A stretch of DNA of 64,000 nucleotides from Octopus bimaculoides (taxonomy: Eukaryota): positions 16,160,350 through 16,224,349 of the forward strand of contig NC_068988.1 in the NCBI RefSeq assembly GCF_001194135.2. The letters are read 5' to 3'. This document shows positions 49,916-62,405 of this stretch, one piece after another. Below the pieces are notes generated by a model, which was not told where the DNA came from, did not search any database, and saw only the letters and a program-made list of their open reading frames with translations. The translations under genes and the position numbers were made by a program. The stretch's first letter is position 1. Each line of letters opens with the position of its first letter.

Positions 49916-50345
49916 CAGAGGTTGGACAAAATAATAGAAACACCTTAAAATTTCAAACAAATTTATTTTAATATGGGGTTAGACCGCCTTTGGCAGGAAT
50001 TACAGCTTGGATTCTACGAGGTATGGACTCGTACAAAGTTTGAATTGTTTCCAAAGGAATTTTGGTTCATTCTTCAGCTAAAACAGTCTCTAGTTCTTGT
50101 AGTGAGTGGAGGATATCGACTCCTTATATGTTCTTCTGAAATGCACCATAAATGTTCAATAATATTGAGATCTGGGGACTGTGGTGGCCAGATAAGATGT
50201 TCAACTTCACTAGAATGTTCCTCGTGCTATTCAGTAACAAGTTTAGCTGTGTGAATTGGTACATTACCATCCTGAAAGATTGAGTTTTCCCCTGGAAACA
50301 GTTCCGCCACCATAGGATGAATTTGGTCAGATAAAATACTTAAAT
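49916..50345 (-). mobile_element. Tc1-like transposon 3' end with TIR, running into a gap
   Basis: TIR TA|CAGAGGTTGGACAAAATAATAGAAACACC; minus strand IFQDGNVPIHTAKLVTE*HEEHSSEVEHLIWPPQSPDLNIIEHLW. Confidence 0.9.
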
Positions 50346-50630
50346 NNNNNNNNNNNNNNNNNNNNNNNNNNNNNNNNNNNNNNNNNNNNNNNNNNNNNNN
50401 NNNNNNNNNNNNNNNNNNNNNNNNNNNNNNNNNNNNNNNNNNNNNNNNNNNNNNNNNNNNNNNNNNNNNNNNNNNNNNNNNNNNNNNNNNNNNNNNNNNN
50501 NNNNNNNNNNNNNNNNNNNNNNNNNNNNNNNNNNNNNNNNNNNNNTATATATATATATATACACACGTATATATGTATATATATATATATGTATATATGT
50601 ATATATGTATATATATATACACATAGATAC

Positions 50631-50660
<30 letters not shown>

Positions 50661-50661
<1 letters not shown>

Positions 50662-50790
50662 GTTCAAATTTACAGAAAACAAATGACGAAGACAGGTGTA
50701 GGGACAACAAACAGGTGTATTAGTTTAACGCTCGAAGAAAATGGAAAAGTATTTTACGTTTGGAGCCTTTGACAGAAAGAATTAACGGAA
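50661..50790 (-). mobile_element. Probable Penelope-like terminal repeat fragment with decayed hammerhead core
   Basis: Reverse complement TTTCTGTCAAAGGCTCCAAACGTAAAATACTTTTCC...GAGCGTTAAACTAATACACCTG resembles CTGnnGA-stemII-GCTCGAAACGT; family assignment from recall. Confidence 0.45.
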
Positions 50791-52994
50791 AGAAAATGAG
50801 AAAAATACGGAGAGCGAAAAAGAAAAAGAGATTAACGGTTCAACATGCAATGTGTGTACATAGATAGACAGAGAGACAGATAGGTAGCTATGAATATAGA
50901 TTTGTAGAGGGATTGATATGTGCATAGTTAGATAGTTCGTTAGGTAGATAGAAAGATAGATAGCACTAAGTGTGGTGTGTGACCTGGATTGAGCCTCGTT
51001 TTTTGTCAGCCTTGTTGGAAGCCTCAATAAGGTTAGTCTATTAGTCTATTATATAATATCTACGTATATATATAAATATATATATATNNNNNNNNNNNNN
51101 NNNNNNNNNNNNNNNNNNNNNNNNNNNNNNNNNNNNNNNNNNNNNNNNNNNNNNNNNNNNNNNNNNNNNNNNNNNNNNNNNNNNNNNNNNNNNNNNNNNN
51201 NNNNNNNNNNNNNNNNNNNNNNNNNNNNNNNNNNNNNNNNNNNNNNNNNNNNNNNNNNNNNNNNNNNNNNNNNNNNNNNNNNNNNNNNNNNNNNNNNNNN
51301 NNNNNNNNNNNNNNNNNNNNNNNNNNNNNNNNNNNNNNNNNNNNNNNNNNNNNNNNNNNNNNNNNNNNNNNNNNNNNNNNNNNNNNNNNNNNNNNNNNNN
51401 NNNNNNNNNNNNNNNNNNNNNNNNNNNNNNNNNNNNNNNNNNNNNNNNNNNNNNNNNNNNNNNNNNNNNNNNNNNNNNNNNNNNNNNNNNNNNNNNNNNN
51501 NNNNNNNNNNNNNNNNNNNNNNNNNNNNNNNNNNNNNNNNNNNNNNNNNNNNNNNNNNNNNNNNNNAGTCTATTTTAAAAGAAAGTTGGTCATCTTCTGT
51601 TGGTTGTTTTTTCCTCGCATAGGTACTAAATGTGGTTATTTTTTGAGAAGTCCACTGTGTGGCGTTATTATTTTTCTATAATAATGCCCTTTATATAAAT
51701 ATAAGCGAATAATTATATTCTTGGGAATAGATATTTCCCTAATGAATTCTTTTACACACTGGCTTCTTGATAAAATTCTTGTAAAAGAGTTTTATCCTTT
51801 TTTGACATTTATTTATCATATATATATATATATATATATATAATGGGTTTGTGTGTCTTTTATCTCCGCTGATTGTGTTACGTGTGATGACGATGAAGTT
51901 TTCATCGATCTATTTTCAGTGCTTCTTCTTTTGCCTCGTCGTTGTTACATGCAGGTTTCAAAATATGAATCGATATTTTGTGTTACACTTTGAATCTTAA
52001 CTGACGCTGTCTTCGTAATCATTATTGTTGTTAGTGTTGCTGTTATTGTAATTGCTGTTGTTTTTGTTGTTGCTCTTATTCTCGCCGTCGTTACCGTTGT
52101 TCTGACTGTTATCGTTGTTTCACTTTTGACTCTGCTTCGCTGCCGGGCTAGAATGACGTAATTAGCTCACTGGTTGAATTAAGCTGTCATATTTGAACAA
52201 AGCAGAGATTCTTTAAATGAACTCATAAATGAAATAAATTTCTTTCATTCTATTTAACTTCTGCTTTTACAATTCGATAGATTCTTTAGAAACTAGATTC
52301 AAGAATTCACCAATTCTGTGCATACGTACAAAAGCGTGAAACGTGATATTCAAATTAAACATGTCGTCACAATGGAACGTTTAACTGAGAGTTACTTTCG
52401 TTGGCATATCAATAGAATAAGAACCGTTTTACTCTGGATAGTGAAAAGGCATGTGAACTTTTCGAAACTCTTCATGAGAGTAGGCTGTGTGTGTGTCTGT
52501 ATGTGTGCGTGTCTGTATGTGTGTGTGAGCGTAATTGCATATAAGTGTATTTGTCTATGTGTATATGTATAAGTGTGTTGGGACAATTGCATGTGTATGT
52601 GCTAGCGCTTCACGTGTATATGTGTACGTATCTGTGTGCAGTACAACAAATCAATGAATAACATTCCGTCTCCATTTACCTCTTTGATGAACACACTTTA
52701 ACGTCTGTCAGTTTCAGCACGTGTGTGCAATTCTCCCTACCTCTCCACCCCTACTCTTGGAGGCACTAGTCAAAATAGTGTTCTTACACCCATGTATGTA
52801 TGCATACATGGATGTAAATTCAAAGCTACAATTGTCAGTCGTAAGTAACAAAAATTTAGTTTTATGTACCACGTTTTACTAATTGCTTTCTGTTAACTAT
52901 CATATAGCAATTTGACATAGACACCCTCTCGGGACGTTCAACCGTTACCCAGGGAACATCCACAATGTGACAACTGTTGAAAGGATTAACAGCT

Positions 52995-54430
52995 GGCATT
53001 GACTTTCATTGGTAAACGTTGGCTCCAAGTCTCACCCAGAGACCTCAAGAAACTACAAGTTAGTTCATGTTGGTGTTATGTCTAAGGTGCCATGTATTTG
53101 GTTTTGTACATAGTATTAATTTAGAGAATGTTTAAGAAACCATATGAAACTTATGTGTTTGTTTTAAAATTTGAGATTACATAGACAGTATTTTATGCAG
53201 AAGATGGGCAGTTCCCATGAGCACTATCTTTTGAATTTCTGCCAATTTGGGGTTTCCTGGTATCTGAGCTAGGTAGCAATCAGCCCCTTTTGTTATCATT
53301 CCTAGGGCACCTATGACAACAGGTATTGTTTTAGTCTTCAGGTTCCACATTTTGTTAATTTCTATTTCAAGATCTTTATACTTGCTCAGTTTTTGGCAGG
53401 TCTTGGCAGATTTATATCGATTGGGACAGTTATATCAATGAGGAGGCATGCTTTTGTCTAAAATGTTTCAGTATGATGTCTGGCATATTTGCAGCTATCT
53501 TTCTGTCCGTTTGAATGGTGAAGTTCCAGAGGAGTGAGATGTGACTATTTTCAAGCATTGGGGGTGGTTTGTGTTCTCACCAGTTTTTATCATGGGGTAA
53601 GTCCAAGTTTTTACAAATTACCCAGTGAATATATTGTGCAGCTCTATCATGCCTGTTGAGATACTCTGTAGGTGTAAGAAAACTGCACATGGAGACAAAA
53701 TGATCAATTGTCTCATTTTGTTGTTGACAGACACGACATTTTGGGGAGCTGCCGTTCTTTAATATGTTGGCCTGGTAGTTCCTTGTAGGTAGGCATTGAT
53801 CTTGGGCTGCTATGATAACCCCATCTGTTTCTGATTTTAAGCCAGAGGCCATTAGCCATTGATGGGTAAGGGCATTGATGGGTAAGGGCATTATTCGCTC
53901 TCCTTGGGTATTTGCCATTGAGAGATTTTTCTTACCATTTATCAGTCAGAATATCTAAGGCAGCAGTTTCAGTATGGATTCTTTTCATGAGCTTAGCTTT
54001 TTCTGCGCTTGTTTCTCGTACTTATAATTCTGGAATTTGTTGTACTCGGAATTCACAGATATTACTTTTCCTATTTTGTTACTGAGTATGATGCTTTCTT
54101 GTTTTTATGTTTTGAGACAAGTTTTAACGTCCAGACAAGTTTTAACGTCCAGTCAGAGTTTTTCAGGTAGGTGTCTAGACCAGTTGCAGCAACCTTCATT
54201 GCTAATGCCAGTTGTAAAAGTCCATTGCCTCCCTCTTTTCTTGGCAGATAAAGTCGTTCTATATCTGCCTTAGGGTGGTGCATTCTATGCATTGTCAACA
54301 GTTTTCGTATTTTTCTATCAAGATTACATATTTCAGTAACTGACCAGTTAATGATATTGAAACTGTAAGTCACGACTGGTATGGCTAAAGCATAAGACAA
54401 AACAATGTACATGATAGCATCTCCAATCAA
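52995..54430 (-). mobile_element. 5'-truncated R4/Dong-clade RLE LINE with 3' UTR
   Basis: ORF 54071-54430 (LAIPVVTYSF, LDRKIRKLLTMHRMHHPKADIERLYLPRKEGG), ORF 53577-53918 (SETDGVIIAAQDQ, CRVCQQQNETIDHFVSMC, RHD), then PDII, PVVIGALG and 3' UTR GGTCTCTGGGTGAGACTTGGAGCC. Confidence 0.93.
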
Positions 54431-54457
54431 TTAAGATAAGAAGCCATGAGAACCACC

Positions 54458-54458
<1 letters not shown>

Positions 54459-54529
<71 letters not shown>

Positions 54530-54557
54530 GTAGTAGTAGTAGTAGTAGCAGTAGCAG
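54459..54557. repeat. (ATT)n grading into (AGT)n
   Basis: Direct reading. Confidence 0.96.
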
Positions 54558-54558
54558 T

Positions 54559-54760
54559 AAGGTGGTGAGCTGTTACGGTATACAAACATTCTTAGCGTCA
54601 TTTCATTTAGTTTTATGTTCTGAGTTCAAATTCTGCCGACGTTGACTTTGATTTTCACCCTTTCGGCGTCGATTAAATAAAGTACCAGTTCAGCACTGGG
54701 ATCGGCGTGATCAAGTAATCCCCTTCCCCCAAAATGTCATGCTATATGCTTATGGTACAA
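54559..54760 (+). mobile_element. Family A SINE with a short deletion in the head
   Basis: AAGGTGGTGAGCTG...TTCTGAGTTCAAATTCTGCCGACGTTGACTTTG...CGGCGTCGATTAAATAAAGTACCAG. Confidence 0.85.
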
Positions 54761-56115
54761 AGGATTATCATGGAAGTTATATTAAATTCTTCAAAGTTAT
54801 ATACAAGTATGGGCATAAATGAAATGAGGCATAAGTATGATAAGAAATGACCTTGAACTCCAAACTAGGCGTGGTGAGTAACATTTATATGTTTTCTTTT
54901 AATCATCAGGAACAAAGTTCACTGCATAAGGATTTATGACTATAAACAACCTTTGGCTATTGGGGCTGAAGTGAAGAGGGCTGAAGAGATGGTGTCTGAC
55001 TGTGCGGTAGAATAATTTTACCTCTACAGCAGATCTTGGCGATATCCTTAGTATTATATACTGAATTAATGGAAATGATTCCCCTTGTAATATAATCGGC
55101 ATCTAAATTATAGAATTAAGATTGAAATATAGCCAGACTAGATTCAGTCTTGCGTTGGTATTTCGTCAACCATTAATTCTTTAATTGTCTATGGGGTGAT
55201 TGCTTTTAAAACCATTATGGGTTTAAGTAAATCGAATTGACCCATTTGCATATATAATGCATCCTTGGCCACTTGGTCAATCAATATATTACAGATGTAT
55301 TTGTGAGAGACTTCAATATATCTATAGGATTTAACTAACATTATGCACGGAGCCTCTTCTAAAACATCTGTTTGGAAAGAAAATGAAATATAAGCCGGTG
55401 TAATTTTAATCCGGAGCTGAGATTTACACACCGACCAAGCACCCTCTTAAACTGTCACGAATTCGTGAATCGGATTTATTTATGCCATTAGTGGCAGTGA
55501 CTTGATTAGCTAGGCTTCTTTAGGTAGTTACGCTGTATACTACTAATTTCTAACGTTTCCATAAGAAAATGATTTCAAAATTTCTGTGTTCTTTAAAAAA
55601 ACAAACACCATTCGTAATATAATCATATGGTCAATTTCGAAATATAATTTTATGGTATGAGAACAGATTAGGAACATTAGTATTTGTTTGATCTATAAAA
55701 AGACGGACAATAAAACCAGCATTTACAAGTGACAGATGAAGCTACGAATACTAATTATGTAAAATCACGTATGTACACCTAATTAATTCAACATAATAGA
55801 CCAATAAGTATGTACCGATTCAAACCAGTGTAATGTTTATACCCATACATTCATAGTGACACACATTCAAAAACTTAATGCTTACACACACACACACACA
55901 CACACANNNNNNNNNNNNNNNNNNNNNNNNNNNNNNNNNNNNNNNNNNNNNNNNNNNNNNNNNNNNNNNNNNNNNNNNNNNNNNNNNNNNNNNNNNNNNN
56001 NNNNNNNNNNNNNNNNNNNNNNNNNNNNNNNNNNNNNNNNNNNNNNNNNNNNNNNNNNNNNNNNNNNNNNNNNNNNNNNNNNNNNNNNNNNNNNNNNNNN
56101 NNNNNNNNNNNNNNN

Positions 56116-56153
<38 letters not shown>

Positions 56154-56604
56154 TTACGCATACACTAGCACTCACATATACATACAAATATACAAATATA
56201 CGAGGTACAAACACGCAGACATATACGTATATGTGTATGATTTTACATAGGTACATATTCTTGTATATATCCATACATATGTGTAGAAACTATGGAGACA
56301 AATTTGATCAACAAAAGTACTAGCGCGGATATCTTGCCAAAAAGAAAGGAATCTAGCGATGAAACTTTAGAATAATACAAAAGGGGATATGATACAGCAA
56401 TGACACAAACTAATCTCGTAACGTGTTTCAAAAGAATAATTACTATAATGCACGAAATTAATTTTCCCGTTAATTTTCATGCTATAAAGGGATTATCTGT
56501 TGCAAAGTATTTTTTAGAAAATAACATCATACGAGTAAGACGATCAATTTTATACATGAGAAATCAAATTCTAAACATGCACAATAGAATAAAGACACAT
56601 ACAT

Positions 56605-56944
56605 AAAGACCCCACGTCTTCGGTCATGAATGACCATGGCATTGCACCTAAAAGTAACCCTCCAAGGCACAAGTCCGAGCAAAGTTGTTTATGGAAGACC
56701 AGCTGTCGCTCATGCATACCAGCTGCTCCTCCCTTATCCACAAATGTTATCCAAGGGAAAGGCAAATTCTGATACAGTTTGGCACTAGTCACATCGCAAC
56801 TTTTTTCCACAGCTGCGTGAACTGCAGCAACGTGAAATAAAGTGTCTTGCTCAAAAACACATCACACATCCCGGTCCGAGAATCGAACTCACTACCTCAT
56901 AATTGGGAGTCCGACGCTCTAACCACTGATCCATGTGTCTTCAC
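56605..56944 (-). mobile_element. Full-length tRNA-derived SINE, family D
   Basis: Reverse complement GTGAAGACACATGGATCAGTGGTTAGAGCGTCGG...GAGTTCGATTCTCGGACCGGG...TTGAGCAAGACACTTTATTTCACG...CATGGTCATTCATGACCGAAG. Confidence 0.9.
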
Positions 56945-57259
56945 CATAGTAAATAAATATAAGTAGAAAGTGAGCTCGTAAATGTGTCTTATGGTTATCA
57001 TGTTACGCTTTTAATTCTGATTGTTATCAGAGAAAAAAAAAAAACTTGCAGACATTCCTGCACAATTGCCAATCCTTTAGCAATAACCTTTCCAAACAAT
57101 TTAAGCGGAGGTGATGGAATAGCTTTTTCTGGATTCTCATCTTCCTTTGTATTAACAGTATTATCTCCTCGTCAGACAAACTTTCCGTATAGAACACTGG
57201 TAACTCAAATGTAAGAAAATGGTTAAGCAATAGTTATTCTTGATAAGATATGAAATAGC

Positions 57260-57445
57260 GAGTGAAGTGGAGGAATCAACATGGACGTGATGTATGCAGG
57301 GATATTGTAACTGTAGTTCCGTTATTTAGGCAGAACGGTATATATATATAAGATTTCTTATATATACCATTCTGCCAAAATAATGGAACTGCAGATATAA
57401 TATCCCTGTATATCTCACGTCTATGTTGATTCCCCCACTTCACTC
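57260..57445. mobile_element. Foldback MITE-like palindrome, ~90 bp arms
   Basis: gagtgaagtggaggaatcaacatggacgtga...ggcagaacggtatatat pairs with atataccattctgcc...tcacgtctatgttgattcccccacttcactc around a few-nt centre. Confidence 0.85.
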
Positions 57446-58907
57446 TCTAAGTGTCAATTCCTTACGGCCATTTCAAGCGGCTCCATTTAATTGATTAATG
57501 AAAACATAATATCAGTTTGAAAGAAACAGTTCTCGTCAATATGAACACATAGATTTCAGAGCTAAAGTATAAACCATTAAAAAAAAATTTACATCGATGA
57601 TGGAAACCAAAATATTTCCATTGTTTCCATTATTGATGTAAATTTGTTAAAAAATGATTTATCCTTTATATCTGAAGTCTATGCGTTCACCTGGCGAGAA
57701 CGGTTCCTTTCAAATTGATGTAATGTTATCATTAACCAATCGAAAGGCTGTTAATGAATTGACACCTGTACATCTTTGTTACTTATTTAAATTCTGTTCA
57801 CCTAAATTGGAATCTGTATTTCGGAAATACAAGAGAAAACACCTTTATAAAAAGTACATGTCTGAAGTACCAGGAGCGGATATTTTCATTTATCCGGGTT
57901 GCCTTGTCTATATACACGACAAGAATATTAGGTACAAATACCCCTACAAGAACTATTGATATTCAATATTCAAATAATATTGTTGGCGCTTGCAGATTAT
58001 ACAGAACTACCAAGGTGCCCCAAGTTAAGTACCTAATTCAACTGAATCTTAATTATACGCACACACATACATAGATCCAAACAAATTGACAGAGACACAC
58101 ACATTACTATTAATGCATGTATATATTTATATATCTGTGTATGTTTATGTGATAGGAGGACAGAAAAGTATTGCAAAATTTTGTTAAACTTATAAAAGAA
58201 ATATTCTCATTTATCTGTACGAAATGACATCAACGAAGAACAAAAATGAAATATTATATAGTATAAGCCTTCCTGTAGTTTTCTGAACGTTATATATAGT
58301 ATTCCCCAAAGATCATGGAGATTACAAGATTGGTACCAGAAATTATTTAACGTGGGCTTCATTTCAGTCAAAAGATGCAGAACTCTTCTCTTCAATATTG
58401 TGTCCATCGTCTCTACGGTATATATATATTTCCGAGGCAGTAACTTATCGCGATAAGGTCTTTCACTATTGGAAATAACAGCAAAACAAGATACTGCTTA
58501 AAGTTTACTAAAAATTCTGTAAAAAATTTAAAAAAAAAATTCTCAGAATGCGTATATACATTCAGGTAAAGAAAAAGATATCTAACGACTACCTTATACA
58601 AATGTAATAACCATTATGCACTCCATTGGTTAATTATAGAACATGCTTTCCACTATGTTATTAGCACTGGAAGTGTGATCATTATCACTCGGAAATGTAT
58701 GATATTGTATAAAAGGATTTTGTAATTTGGAACAGAAGAACGCAATTAATGAATTGCTGTTGGCACTCGTATCAATATCCACCCCTACACACACAAGGCA
58801 CGCTTCTGTACAGTTTCTGGCGAACGATTTCTACCAGAATTTATAGCTTTATTCAGTTCGGTTCAAGGCGTCTATAAGTGGCACTGAAAGTATCTTACTT
58901 GTTATTT

Positions 58908-58943
<36 letters not shown>

Positions 58944-59356
58944 NNNNNNNNNNNNNNNNNNNNNNNNNNNNNNNNNNNNNNNNNNNNNNNNNNNNNNNNN
59001 NNNNNNNNNNNNNNNNNNNNNNNNNNNNNNNNNNNNNNNNNNNNNNNNNNNNNNNNNNNNNNNNNNNNNNNNNNNNNNNNNNNNNNNNNNNNNNNNNNNN
59101 NNNNNNNNNNNNNNNNNNNNNNNNNNNNNNNNNNNNNNNNNNNNNNNNNNNNNNNNNNNNNNNNNNNNNNNNNNNNNNNNNNNNNNNNNNNNNNNNNNNN
59201 NNNNNNNNNNNNNNNNNNNNNNNNNNNNNNNNNNNNNNNNNNNNNNNNNNNNNNNNNNNNNNNNNNNNNNNNNNNNNNNNNNNNNNNNNNNNNNNNNNNN
59301 NNNNNNNNNNNNNNNNNNNNNNNNNNNNNNNNNNNNNNNNNNNNNNNNNNNNTAAG

Positions 59357-59405
<49 letters not shown>

Positions 59406-59480
59406 TCTGTACATCACACCTAAGGAGTTTTATATGTTTATTTGTACCATCCTGTGCGTGTGTGTCTGTATAAGGGTTTA

Positions 59481-59633
59481 GGAGTGGCTGTGTTGTAAGA
59501 AGTTTGCTACCCAACCACATGGTTCAGTATCAACAGGTTCAGTCCTACTGGGTGGCACCTACAGCAAACGTCCCTTACTATAACCTTGGTGTAACCAAAG
59601 CCTTGTGAATATACTTGGGAGACAGAACCTGGA
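59481..59633 (+). mobile_element. Family C SINE, 5' half
   Basis: GGAGTGGCTGTGTTGTAAGAAGTTTGCTACCCAACCACATGGTTC...GGTTCAGTCCTACTGGGTGGCACC...ACCAAAGCCTTGTGA. Confidence 0.8.
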
Positions 59634-59647
59634 ATATATATGTGTGT

Positions 59648-59686
<39 letters not shown>

Positions 59687-60548
59687 TGTTATATATATAT
59701 ATAGAGAGAGTAATGCCTGCAACACAAACGTGGATCGCTGCACACTATTCTATTCTGTGTCATTACAGGCACGCCTAAATCTAACCCCCCAAGCTTTGCA
59801 TTATTTATTATTCAAATTTAATCCAAACAGAAAACCTCTGTCGCACCATTTGACAGAAATACATTCTTTAACACAAAATAAAATGTTACAAATTCACCAA
59901 CTTTATGTCATTTATGTCTTACCTTTGAAAATATTTATAAATTCCGCAATACAGCTTACATGTATATGGCATACATATAACGCTATCGTTAACATATATT
60001 AGCTTTATCGAAATATACTAAACTACGAGTTAATCATTTAAACAATGGATAAAAATAAAGTTAAAAGTTTTCATAAAACACTTCAGAGATGCTTATACAA
60101 TGTAGTTATAAATAAACAATAATAACCAATTCCTAAAATTCCAATGCAAGTGAATTCTCTGAATATAAATTTGTGAATCATGCATATATATCTGTCATAC
60201 CTTTGAATATAATGTGATGTCTATTGACTTTTACGTTATATATGGCGACATATGTGGGCATGTAAATGCTTGAATGAGTGCATCTATGTAATTTTTTTTA
60301 GATATTTCGATTCTCAACAATATGGAATGTGTTTTATTGTGTTCACTGAGAAGCATATGAATTTTTTTTTAGATGTATTTTAGCTATGATATTCGTATCT
60401 ATACGTATGAATTTGCAAAAAGGTTTTCAAGTTTTCCTATGCTTGACCGATTGTAATGGTATATTTATATAGGGAAATTCGCAAAATAATACAGTTATGC
60501 ACACCTACACTAAAGCACCTACTCACCACACATACACACACGCTTGAG

Positions 60549-60621
<73 letters not shown>

Positions 60622-60923
60622 NNNNNNNNNNNNNNNNNNNNNNNNNNNNNNNNNNNNNNNNNNNNNNNNNNNNNNNNNNNNNNNNNNNNNNNNNNNNNNN
60701 NNNNNNNNNNNNNNNNNNNNNNNNNNNNNNNNNNNNNNNNNNNNNNNNNNNNNNNNNNNNNNNNNNNNNNNNNNNNNNNNNNNNNNNNNNNNNNNNNNNN
60801 NNNNNNNNNNNNNNNNNNNNNNNNNNNNNNNNNNNNNNNNNNNNNNNNNNNNNNNNNNNNNNNNNNNNNNNNNNNNNNNNNNNNNNNNNNNNNNNNNNNN
60901 NNNNNNNNNNNNNNNNNNNNNNN

Positions 60924-60968
<45 letters not shown>

Positions 60969-62026
60969 GAGAGAGAGAGAGAAAGAGAGAGAGAGTGAGA
61001 GGGAGAAACAAAGAGGGAGAGAGGGAAATAGATAGACAGATAAAAATATAAGTACATATATGTATGAATGTATGTACATTTATACACACACACACATACA
61101 CATATACACATATACATGGGGTAAAAAAAAACAACTCAAGTGATGAACGGTAAAATAAGAGGCACATTATTCAATTTGTCAAACTCTCAATGACAGAAAC
61201 TAGTGATGTGTACAGTTTCGGATTTTATTACACGGAATGGAAATAGCTTGAACCAATGTTCTTAAAGCGATTTAGAAAGCAAAGGATTTGGCATGTTTAC
61301 AAACTTCTGTTTAACGCAGCGTATTTTTCTTTTTTCTTTTTTCAGGGAAGTCGTGGAAAATAGCGAGCCGTGTCCTAGTCTTGAATCCCAGTTGGAATAA
61401 CTTCAATTCTATCGATAATTATTCTGGAAAATGCAAGCAAGTTGTAAATTCTCATGTCCTCTTCTACACCTCATTGCGTTGTCATATTTACGTAATAAAT
61501 CATGTTTTCAAATTCGGATTTATATGATGTTACTATTTTTTAAAAATAGGAAAAAACAACATGTTTTGTATGATTACTGGTTGTTGCACGCGTGTTATTG
61601 TTTGTGCTATACCATAGTTAAGCAGTAGTATCAGAGGTAGACAGAATAATTTATACGAACATTGATGAATTTTTAAAAGATTTCTCTAAGGAAAATAGGA
61701 GATCAATTCCGACCCTCATAAGCTGAAGAACACGATACATCAGATGTTCAGTTTCCAGTGGTGGAAAAAATAGTTAATGGATTCAGTTACAGAAGACATG
61801 CAGTACGGTAGGTGACGGGGTGGCGGAGTAAGATGTTGACTCCGCAGCGAAAATGTTCTCAGCTCGATAAGACAAGTGCCTCTCTGTCTATAAGTGTGTA
61901 TATGTTTATACATTAATGCATATACACATATACGTGCACGCACGTACATACACATACACACATACATATGTATACATATATATGTATGTATTTACATACA
62001 TACATATATATATATACCAATGGCAG

Positions 62027-62405
62027 TATCCTTCATTTATCATTGTTCTGCTTTGTTTTGGATCAGAATATTCGAATCGATTGAAGATAGCATTATTTCT
62101 TTAAGGTCTTTCAATATTTGCTCAATTACTCAATGGCCCGATTGAGTAAANNNNNNNNNNNNNNNNNNNNNNNNNNNNNNNNNNNNNNNNNNNNNNNNNN
62201 NNNNNNNNNNNNNNNNNNNNNNNNNNNNNNNNNNNNNNNNNNNNNNNNNNNNNNNNNNNNNNNNNNNNNNNNNNNNNNNNNNNNNNNNNNNNNNNNNNNN
62301 NNTATCCTTCATTTATCATTGTTCTGCTTTGTTTTGGATCAGAATATTCGAATCTTTAAGGTCTTTCAATATTTGCTCAATTACTCAATGGCCCGATTGA
62401 GTAAA
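62027..62405. other. Gap-flanking duplicate, probable uncollapsed haplotypes
   Basis: 62027-62150 is repeated at 62303-62405, identical except for 21 bp (gattgaagatagcattatttc) present only in the first copy. Confidence 0.8.

Noticed and set aside
54900-55431. ORFs 55189-55431 and 54899-55102 with acceptor-like sites; likewise ORFs 57654-57959 and 58207-58407
   Set aside because: Short, no recognisable family, no consistent exon chain.
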